Shown here one piece after another: positions 24,979-36,256 of a stretch of DNA of 49,753 nucleotides; the stretch's first letter is position 1; every line of letters begins with the position of its first letter. The notes under the pieces were generated by a model. The model saw only the letters and a program-made list of their open reading frames with translations, ran no database searches and was not told the origin of the DNA. Source of the stretch: Macrostomum lignano (Eukaryota); contig NIVC01000133.1 in assembly GCA_002269645.1 (NCBI GenBank), forward strand, positions 117,421 through 167,173, written 5' to 3'. Made by a program: the position numbers and the translations under genes.

Positions 24979-25741
24979 CTGTAAGAGGCGTGCATGTTTT
25001 CGCTGTTGTGTGGTTGTTATAAGCGTGAAGGTAATTCATCTGCAAATAATCGCGATGTACATCGACTGATGTACATTGCAAATATATAAATCGTTGCGCG
25101 TGGCTTTAGCCACTTTGTGTGTTTTGGTCTCGCTAAGCTCTCGCCTTCTCTCAGCTTACAGTGCTTCAACACCTGCCTTAGTGTCCCAATGCCTGTCTTT
25201 GTGTCTGCCTGAGTCTTTCAATGCCATTTGTCTTAGTTTCTGTGTTCTGAACTGCCATCGCCAAGGACAAAGGTTGTTTATAAGGCAGGGTACATACTCG
25301 TCACAACTGACATTGAAGCTAGCCTCTCAGTAGGTGAAATTAGCTAAGTGCCTAATTATATACAATTAAATGAGAGTCTATATTTGGCAGGTGCTTCACA
25401 CAGCCAATTAAAGTGGCTCAGAGAGACGGAGGACTTGAAAAAAAGAAAGTTCTTAAAAGACATTCTGCTGTCGATTTTCTCTCGAAGGTTAATTTCTCAT
25501 CTAAGGATACGCAGTGCTCTTGTAATTTAAACGCATGGTGGTGCCCCAGGGGCTGCAGTTCAAAGCCAAGGTGTGAATAAATGCGAACAGCTGCCTTTTT
25601 CCCGAGCAGATAAAAATAGCATTTTTTCATTTGGCTTATTGAGACTAATTTTACAGCAGAAAATGGCAATTTAATACTTCAGATCTCCTAACTCGGAAAC
25701 TGCGAACTGGGACACAATGCGTCTTTCTCGAGTCTCAGATC

Positions 25742-26838
25742 CCGTCCCCAGTCCTTAGTTCGTAGTCCCTAATCCCCAGTCCCTAATCCCCCAGTCCCCA
25801 GTCCCCAGTCCCCAGTCCCCAGTCCCCAGTCCCCAGTCCCCAGTCCCCAGTCCTCAGTCCCCAGTCCCCAGTCCCCAGTCCCAGTCCCCAGTCCCCAGTC
25901 CCCAGTCCCCAGTCCCCAGTCCCCAGTCCCTAATCCCCCAGTCCCCAGTCCCCAGTCCCCAGTCCCCAGTCCCCAGTCCCCAGTCCCCAGTCCCCAGTCC
26001 CTAATCCCCAGTCCCCAGTCCCCAGTCCCCAGTCCCCAGTCCCCAGTCCCCATTCCCCAGTCCCCAGTCCCCAGTCCCCAGTCCCCAGTCCCCAGTCCCC
26101 AGTCCCCAGTCCCCAGTCCCCAGTCCCCAGTCCCCAGTCCCTAATCCCCAGTCCCCAGTCCCCAGTCCCCAGTCCCCAGTCCCCAGTCCCCAGTCCCCAG
26201 TCTCCAGTCCCCAGTCCCCAGTCCCCAGTCCCCAGTCCCCAGTCCCCAGTCCCCAGTCCCCAGTCCCTAATCCCCCAGTCCCCAGTCCCCAGTCCCCAGT
26301 CCCCAGTCCCAGTCCCCAGTCCCTAATCCCCAGTCCCCAGTCCCCAGTCCCCAGTCCCCAGTCCCTAATCCCCCAGTCCCCAGTCCCCAGTCCCACAGTC
26401 CCCAGTCCCCAGTCCCCAGTCCCCAGTCCCCAGTCCCCAGTCCCCAGTCCCCAATCCCTAATCCCCAATCCCCAGTCCTCAGTCCCCAATCCCCAGTCCC
26501 CAATCCCCAGTCCCCAATCCCCAGTCCCCAGTCCCCAGTCCCCAATCCCCAGTCCCCAGTCCCCATTCCCCAGTCCCCAGTCCCCAGTCCCTAATCCCCA
26601 GTCCCCAGTCCCCAATCCCCAATCCCCAATCCCCAGTCCCCAGTCCTCAGTCCCCAGTCCCCAGTCCCCAGTCCCCAATCCCCAGTCCCCAGTCCCCAGT
26701 CTCCAGTCCCCAGTCCCTAATCCCCCAGTCCCCAGTCCCCAATCCCCAATCCCCAGTCCCCAATCCCCAATCCCCAGTCCCCAGTCCCCAATCTCCAATC
26801 CCCAGTCCAATCCCCAGTCCCCAGTCCCCAGTCCCCAG
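25742..26838. repeat. (CCCCAGT)n / (ACTGGGG)n heptamer array, about 155 copies
   Basis: Direct inspection, with CCCCAAT and CCCTAAT variants. Confidence 0.98.
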
Positions 26839-27596
26839 TGCCCAGCCGCAGTTGCAGACATTTAAGCCAGCCAATTTTCTGCTTCAGCTAAAAGCAGGCA
26901 GAAGCGGCTGAGAGGCGGCAGAGTTGAAATTGAGAAGATGGCTCAGCATCGAGAGGCTGAGCCGGTCAGAGAGCTTTGAATGATGCAGCGGCTTAGGCAG
27001 TAAGAAAACCCCACACGCCGACCTGAAGGTGCGGGGAATTGCGGAGCGTGTATTTGAGACAAGTGAGACCCCCCCCCAACCCAGCCTCCGCAATCCTCTC
27101 CATCGTGATCCTATACCCTTGGCTGAGACCTTGGCTTTGAAATTCTACTATATATAACAGTAAATATTGTTAACTTTATATACATTTACAGAGGGAGCGC
27201 TGAGAGGGCCTGGGGGAGTCTGGTGTGTGTGCATGTGTTTTCCCGACAGTGCTTTTAGCCGGCAGCGAGGCACCCACACCAACCCCCCCCCCATCCTAAA
27301 GCCAGCGGTGTCACTGGCGCACTTGAAAGTGCAATTCATTAATGCAAATTGGACGCTTCAATCCTGCAGCCGGCAAACTCTTCTCCGGCCACTGCTAATA
27401 TAGAGGGGGGAGTCTAATTTTGGTAGAAGGCTTCATCTCTGTAGAAGTCGCTCCCGAGGATTTTTCTCCCACAACGCCCCTTCTCTTTCCTCTACCGTCT
27501 CCTGTTCAGCGCTGCAAAGTCTTGACTCATTTGGCCGCCAGCTCCCGGAGAGTCCCGAAAAAAATCCCACCACGCCTATCCCCATCCCCACTTTAC

Positions 27597-27695
27597 CGAA
27601 CACTTTTAGCGCTGGCACCGGTCGTACGTGAAGCCGCGGCCACCGGCTGGCGTCCACCTGCGACATCGGGCTGGCCAGGAAAATCTCCACGGATT
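27597..27695 (-). CDS. Gene C exon 2 (E-SVEIFLASPMSQVDASRWPRLHVRPVPALKVF)
   Basis: tattgcag| acceptor, |gtaaag donor, 99 nt, phase 1-1, open and in frame with both neighbours. Confidence 0.7.
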
Positions 27696-28019
27696 CTGCA
27701 ATATTGGAACAAAATAGCGGGAAGAATATTTAATAAATGATGCAAAACTCCTGTGCGCGCGTGTGTTTAGACGCAATGATTGGCATTGGCTGTTTTACTG
27801 AAATTGTTCAAATTGGCTCTCGGTTACTCCGCTGCTCTTGAGAGTCCGTAATTAAGGGCTTTAGTGTAGCATGGTCCGACTAAAGTATTAAAAGCAGCTA
27901 TATTTAGGCTCCAGGTAAAAGTCTTTTAATAGTGCAAGGACTTTTATGGCCTCCGGTTTGATTTGAAATTTGAGGTTTCTCTGCTCGGAATAAAATCCAA
28001 AAGAGCAAGATTGTGACAG

Positions 28020-28365
28020 TCTACTAATCAGAGGTGTGACAGCTAATGATCAGATATGTGACAGATGTGACAGTCCACTAATCAGAGGTGTGACAGTCCA
28101 CTAATCAGAGGTGTAACAGCTAATGATCAGAGATGTGACAGGTGTGACAGTCCTCTAATCAGAGGTGTAACAGCTAATGATCAGAGATGTGACAGGTGTG
28201 ACAGTCCTCTAATCAGAGGTGTGACAGCTAATGCTCAGAGATGTGACAGGTGTGACAGACCACTAATCAGAGATGTGACAGCTAATGCTCAGATATGTAA
28301 CAGGTGTGACAGACCACTAATCAGAGGTGTGACAGCTAATGCTCAGAAATGCAACAGGTGTGTCA
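28020..28365. repeat. About 54-bp composite GTGTGACAG-based repeat, about 6 copies
   Basis: Period 54 (28211 to 28265). Confidence 0.88.
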
Positions 28366-28984
28366 GCTCTATAACCAGGGAAGTGATAGGTGAGTCAGCC
28401 AATAAACAGGTATTTGAAGATTCAAAATTACTGTTAAGGGCGTCCAGATCTCCTAAAATTTATAATAACTAAAAAGTCAATCAACAACAGGTGAAAGATT
28501 TCCATCAGATGCTTATTTCAAGAGCCGCGGCACGTGGCTCGCAGTCGAGAGTTTTCTTAGAAACCTGACAAGCCGGAACTCTCGATTTGAAAGCGCGCTA
28601 AAAATGGCGGTTGTTACAATGGACTGAATTGGCAGCCTCATCTGCAGCGCACTGAGTGGCGGCCAAGGGCCAGTGCATATCAATTATTTATCAAGGACCT
28701 CTGCTCCCTTATTCCCCTTTCTTTCTCTCCCACTCTCTACCTTGTTACATTCGTTCCAGCTCGTTAAATTTTCGTTTGACCGAAACGAGCCGCCATAAAG
28801 TTGCCCGACCGACTGTGCGTTTGTTTATCGAGTCTCTCTGTGCTGATGTCTGATCAGTGACCATGCGACAGTTGCGACCCTGTTGTCAACTGCTGATTCG
28901 CATTGAACTCCAGCACTTATTGATCTGGCTCTGGTCCTCTGGCGCTATGCACTGTTTTATATGCTCTCATCTCTCATCTGCTCT

Positions 28985-29141
28985 CTCTCCTCTCCCCCTT
29001 CCTTTCTCTCCCTTCCCTCACTCTCCCTTCACTCAGTCTCCCTTCCCTCTCTCCCTTCTCCTCTCTCCCTTCCTTTCTCTCCCTTCCCCCACTCTCCCTT
29101 CACTCAGTCTCCATTCCACCACTCTCCCTTCACTCTCTCCC

Positions 29142-29205
<64 letters not shown>

Positions 29206-29740
29206 TCCCCCATTCTCCCTTCCCCCACTCTCCCTTCCCTCTCTCCCTTCCTCCACTCTCCCTTCCCTCTCTCCCTTCCCTCTCTCCCTTCCCACTCTCC
29301 CTTCCCTCAGTCTCCCTTCCACCACTCTCCCTTCCCTCCCTCTACCTTCCTTTCTCTCCCTTCCCTCTCTCCCTTCTCCTCTCTCCCTTCTCCTTTCTCT
29401 CCCTTCCCTCTCTCCCTTCCCTCTCTCTCCCTTCCCTCCCTCTACCTTCCTTTCTCTCCCTTCCCTCTCTCCCTTCTCCTCTCTCCCTTCTCCTTTCTCT
29501 CCCTTCCCTCTCTCCCTTCCTCCACTCTCCCTTCCCTCTCTCCCTTCCCTCTCTCCCTTCCCACTCTCCCTTCCCTCAGTCTCCCTTCCACCACTCTCCC
29601 TTCCCTCCCTCTACCTTCCTTTCTCTCCCTTCCTTCTCTCCCTTCTCCTCTCTCCCTTCTCCTTTCTCTCCCTTCCCTCTCTCCCTTCCCTCCCTCTCCC
29701 TTCTTTCTCTCCCTTCCCTCTCTCCCTTCCTTCTCTCCCT
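28985..29740. repeat. Polypyrimidine (CTCTCCCTTCC)n with an embedded (CT)n tract
   Basis: Direct inspection. Confidence 0.95.
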
Positions 29741-30549
29741 CTTTTCTAATCTTCTTTTTCATATCTCCTCTATACTTCAGACCCTTCTCTTCCCTTCCTC
29801 TGCTGCTTCTCAGCTCCGACCGCAATGAAAGTCCCTATCCACACAATTTTTCTAAAAAGCCAAAAACTCCCATCTATTTACATATAGGATTTTATCCAAA
29901 AATTTCTATGCGGTCATCATACTCTTGCGGACCGGAAATTCCGTTGATCGACTGATGCCAGACGAGCCTCCCTACGCCCCCCCCCCCAGCTCAATGGTTC
30001 TCCACTCCCTCTTTCTCTGGCAGTGGGCAGTAGCAGCATGGCCACAGATGCAGATAAAGTGCATGCAAATTCCAGGCTGAAATACATTGTCAGTTGATTA
30101 GCTCTGATCGCATGCCAGAATGCCTGCACATTCAGATTTTGAGTGCAAATTTTCAAATTAACTACGTTAATATTGAATGTGAGCATCAAAACAAAATAAA
30201 GATAATTTGCCAATTTGTTTAATTATCCAAGTTAAAAGCTCCTCAATATGTATTTTTTGCGGCCATAAACTACAGCCAGCCAGAGCTGTTCACAGAGTGC
30301 AAGGCAATTTTAAGAATGAGCTCCGGGCAAACTCCGTCCCTGGATGAAGCTGCAGCTCTCTCAGCATCCTCTCTCTGCCATGCCCCCCGCAGTGCAGAGT
30401 TGGCATGCGAGTGGGTGAAGGTTGGTGAGCAGCCACTGCCACCCAATTTCATAACTTTAACAAGGATTGTCAGAGCTGGCATCAACTTTACTAATGACAT
30501 TTTTTGCGGCTGGACTCGGGGAGAGGCTCAGGGTCAGGGAAAGGCTCAA

Positions 30550-31005
30550 TGAGAGACTCAGACAGACTCAGAGAGATGCTCAGAGAGTGACTCAGGGAGA
30601 GACTTAGAGAGTGACTCAGGGAGAGGCTCAGGGAGAGACTCAGATAGGACTCAGGGAGAGACTCAGGGAGAGACTCAGGGAGAGACTCAGGGAGAGACTC
30701 AGATAGAGACTCAGAGAGTGACTCAGAGAGTGACTCAGAGAGTGGCTCTGAGAGGACTCATTGAGAGACTCGGAGAGTGACTCAGGGAGAGGACTCAGGG
30801 AGAGACTCAGGGAGAGACTCAGATAGGACTCAGGGAGAGACGCAGATAGGACTCAGGGAGAGACTCAGAGAGTGACTCGGGGGAGAGACTCAGGACTCAG
30901 AGAGGGACTCAGGACTCAGAGAGAGACTCAGAGAGTGACTCCGAGAGTGACTCAGGGAGAGACTCAGGACTCAGAGAGAGACTCAGATAGGACTCAGGGA
31001 GAGAT
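30550..31005. repeat. Degenerate 12-bp GACTCAGGGAGA array
   Basis: Direct inspection. Confidence 0.9.
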
Positions 31006-31544
31006 CAAGAAGGATATTCAGGGACTCGGAGCATTTCAGTAAGAGAAAAGGGGTCATAAATACATTGATAGGTTATTGGGAAGAGGCAGATAGGAAGGTA
31101 CCCGGCATAGACAGACAGTCAACACAAGTCTTTAGGCCCTACAGAATTTATGTAATTTACGATTAAATGGATTTGCAATTTTAGCGATAAATTTGATAAA
31201 GTGAAACAGGAACGAAGTCGAAGCTTTACCTCCGGAGGTAAACAGAGTCAGCAAGTTGAACATAATGCAGACTAGGCAACGGGTAAAAATTTAGCTGACA
31301 ATCCAACGACTAGCTATACTGTTTAGAATGTGTGCGTAAATGCAAATTAAATGGAGTAGAAAATGCCATTAGCTTATCCTGTGTTTTTGCTGCATGCGAA
31401 TGCGTGGGTTTGGGCTTGGGAGAAATCTACTTTCTAGCCTAAGCCGCATGCCCGCTAGTTTTACAGAAGTTGGCTTTTAATGCCTCTTTGCAATGTTTGT
31501 GTTTACAAAAATCTTCAACTGGCTTCACTTCGGTGCTTAAAAAT

Positions 31545-31895
31545 TCTGCAGTGTCTATGGCTCAGACTGGAGTGGGTTAGGGTTAGGGTTAGGGTTAGGG
31601 TTAGGGTTTGTGCTAGGCTAGTGCTGCAGTGTCTATGGCTCAGACTGGAGTGTGCTAGGCTAGCGTTGCAGTGTCTATGGCTTAGACTGGAGTGTGCTAG
31701 GCTAGCGTTGCAGTGTCTATGGCTTAGACTGGAGTGTGATAGGCTAGTGTTGCAGTGTCTATGGCTTAGACTGGAGTGTGATAGGCTAGTGTTGCAGTGT
31801 CTATGGCTTAGACTGGAGTGTGCTAGGCTAGCGTTGCAGTGTCTATGGCTTAGACTGGAGTGTGCTAGGCTAGTGCTGCAGTGTTTATGGCTTAG
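31545..31895. repeat. 42-bp minisatellite (about 8 copies) containing an interstitial (GGGTTA)5-GGGTT telomeric tract at 31574-31608
   Basis: 14-aa period; the telomeric hexamers interrupt the first unit. Confidence 0.95.
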
Positions 31896-31955
31896 AGCTA
31901 TAGCTACTAAGGAGCGCTAATCCATCAGGCTGGCCAGTGAGCAGTCAGAACTCAC

Positions 31956-32082
31956 CGAGTCCCGTCATCTGACCGGGCACAATCAGCGTGAGCTCCTCTC
32001 TGATGCCGAGCAGACGGCAGGCCGTCATTGATGCGCACAGAGTAACCAGCGAGCATAGTGTTAAAGTTGTCAACGTTGTCAT
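31956..32082 (-). CDS. Gene C (EGF/TNFR-repeat secreted or surface protein), coding exon 1: signal peptide MTTLTTLTLCSLVTLCASMTACRLLGIREELTLIVPGQMTGL
   Basis: Acceptor ctttttcag gives an exon start at 32139 (5'UTR part). ATG at 32082, hydrophobic N-terminus, donor G|gtgagt, 127 nt, phase 1. Confidence 0.8.
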
Positions 32083-32774
32083 GGCAACCCGATTGTTGAT
32101 ACACGAAGCGCCGCCAGTCGACCTTCTGATGCCTTCAACCTGAAAAAGAATCGGATGCCACATGAGGCTCATTGACTGACAACTGAAGTAGAAAGGGCAC
32201 AGCACTCAAAAATGTGTGATTGCATTGGATTGGCATCTGTTTTCGAGTGCGCAAATTTCTTGACCACTGTAAGTGCGCAATGTCATTTCTTGAGCTTTAA
32301 TTGTCGCCAAATTGATGTCGCGTTGCCTAGACTATTGGCCCATAGAGTGGTATTCACTGCACACTATTTTCATTTATCATACAGTATACACAATTGTTTG
32401 CACTACGTCTGTGCTCCAAACCCCATCTGTTTGCTCTAATTTACAAACAAGTTTAAAGTATTCAAAACTGCACTTCACTTCCACTTGCTAAAATAGGAAT
32501 AGTCCACGGTAGAAGTGCCCTCCCATTTCCCAACAGCTGCATCGATCTGTCGGATTGAGAGATTCGTTGGAGCGTGAAGAGTTGGACAGCCTAAAGTGCG
32601 CACCTCTGCCACCTATGGGCGGAGATGAGGCCGAGTTACCGGAGAGATCCCGGCTGAATCAATAGAAGTCTGGGATTTCCCCTAGATACGCTTGAATTCG
32701 ATTCTGCTCTGTACTGCGCTACCAGTTTGCCTTATACCACCAGACCTAGCTGACAAACTGAACTTTAATCTGCG

Positions 32775-33757
32775 ATTATCTATGGCTGATCTAAGGCTTA
32801 TCTATGGCTGATCTAGGGCTGATCTATGGCTGATCTATGGCTGATCTATGGCGGATCTATAGCTGATCTATGGCTGATCTATGGCTGATCTATGGCTGAA
32901 CTACGGCTGATCTATGGCTGATCTGATTATTTTCTGGCTACCCTATGAATACAATCTGGCTACTGTATATCGTTACCCTATGGCTATCCTATGACCACTT
33001 TAAGATAATTCCATGGCTAATCTAAGAGATATGTATACTTTACGGCTACTCTATGGCTACTCAACAGCTACTCTATGGCTACTCAACAGCTACTCTATGG
33101 CTACTCAACAGCTACTCTAAGACTACTCAACGCCTACTCTATGGCTACACAACGGCTACTCTATGGCTACTCAATGGCTACTCTATGGCTACTCAATGGC
33201 TACTCTATGACTACTCAACACCTACTCTATGACTACTCAACAGCTACTCTATGACTACTCAACGGCTACTCTATGGCTACTCAACGGCTACTCTATGGCT
33301 ACTCAACGGCTACTCTATGACTACTCAACACCTACTCTATGGCTACTCAACGGCTACTCTATGGCTACTCAACGGCTACTCTATGGCTACTCAACGGCTA
33401 CTCTATGGCTACTCAACGGCTACTCTATGGCTACTCAATGGCTACTCTATGACTACTCAACACCTACTCTATGGCTACTCAACGGCTACTCTATGGCTAC
33501 TCAATGGCTACTCTATGGCTACTCAACGGCTACTCTATGGCTACTCAACGGCTACTCTATGGCTACTCAACGGCTACTCTATGGCTACTCAACGGCTACT
33601 CTATGGCTACTCAATGGCTACTCTATGACTACTCAACACCTACTCTATGGCTACTCAACGGCTACTCTATGGCTACTCAATGGCTACTCTATGGCTACTC
33701 AACGGCTACTCTATGGCTACTCAACGGCTACTCTATGGCTACTCAACGGCTACTCTT
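32775..33757. repeat. 11-bp GCTGATCTATG array (32775-32925) and related 22-bp CTACTCTATGGCTACTCAACGG array (33045-33757, about 32 copies)
   Basis: Direct inspection. Confidence 0.96.
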
Positions 33758-34724
33758 TAGAAACTCTACGTTTGTAGTAGCAAGAGGTTCAACACCGATG
33801 CCATACGCAGAGTTTGTTTGTTTTGGAATGCCGTGAATTGCGGTGCCTAAACTTCCCAGCTCTTCTCCCTCTCTCTCTCTCGCCTTCGACACTCCGACAT
33901 TCTCTCTTCCCCTCTTGCTGCTCTAACAAACGTCAAAACTAATCAGCAGGGTGTCGCATAGAGGGAGACACGAACACAGACGGAATGAAAGACGTAGCAG
34001 AACAAAAAGGCGCACAGTGTGGCAGCGGGTGAGGCCAAACTCAGTGAATAGAGCAGGCGATGAGGCCCAGGAGACTGTATAACAGCACAACATGCCACGC
34101 TTTCACTTTCAGCAGCCAATTACTCAACTAGAATGCAACGCATGTCAACTAATGATCAGAAATCTATAAACATAATCTAGCTTACAGTTCGGCAGCAGGA
34201 ACTCTTGGGGCATTTCTTATCTAATCTAATCTAATTATTAATTAGCGTCTCCGCTTGGTTACCACTGGTCTGGAGTCTTAAAAGAACACGACGCGGTCCT
34301 GGGAGAGGGCTAATGGCTCCCTCGGGTTGCCACTAATAAATCCCCGACATCCTGTCCAGCCGTTTCTTCCCAATGCGGATGTTCAAGAGGGGGATCTCGG
34401 CAGTCTGGTACCGCCCCGGTTACAAAGGCGGACAGCGGAGCAAAAGGTGGGCCAGTCAGGGCGAAAGTTGATGATGAAGAGCCTGATAGATGCGCCGCTT
34501 GCCATTAATTTTGCTCGCTTTGATGGCTCGGTCTGGCTTGTCAGCATCATTAATTGCGAAGGCCAGGAAGAGATAATAGAAACATTGACAGCGCGCATAA
34601 ATACAGGGAATGCTGGGAAAGCAAGAAGTTCTGGCAGACAGCAGAGTGAGAGGCAGACTAACAGACAGATAGACTAGCCGATAAATCAGTAAACTAATAA
34701 ATTCTAGATAAAAAGATAGAAAGA

Positions 34725-35665
<941 letters not shown>

Positions 35666-36191
35666 GGTAGTCCGTAATTGCTGCTGCAGCCGCCCACTCA
35701 GCAGCAGCAATTACAGTAATTTCGCAGCGCCATCAGTCGAAGCAAGATGCGGCCGCGAATCCTCAGAAGCTAAAAAGCGAATGTCGCGCAGCTTTGCTGT
35801 GTGTTCCCATAAAATTAACCCCCCCCCCACTCCCTGTGTTTCAAAGCTTTGCGCAGCTGAGGCGCGGAGACGCCGCCCGAGAGCAGGCCGGGGGCGGCAG
35901 GCAGAACTCCGCTTTGTGTTTTTCTCTCTCTACGAAATTCGCACTCATTTTCGCGTGAAGTTGCCCCGGCCAACAATTCAACTCTTATTGAATGCACTAA
36001 TAAACAGCGTAGACTGGGAAAACAAGGATTAATACCTGCAAAGCCCCCCCACCCACTTCTTATTTGTGGGACTCAAACATTTCAAGTGTCTCCCTCTCTA
36101 AGTATCTGCAGTATTGCGTCAGGCAGAGCCACCCTCACCCCCTCCTGCCCACTTTGCAAACACTTCCAAGCACGCGCGTAATGATGTGAAA

Positions 36192-36195
<4 letters not shown>

Positions 36196-36252
<57 letters not shown>
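36196..36252. repeat. (GA)n microsatellite
   Basis: Direct inspection. Confidence 0.95.

Positions 36253-36256
<4 letters not shown>

Noticed and set aside
34327-34677. 116-aa plus-strand ORF
   Set aside because: It has a TTG start, no recognisable domain, and runs into a CAGA/GATA microsatellite.
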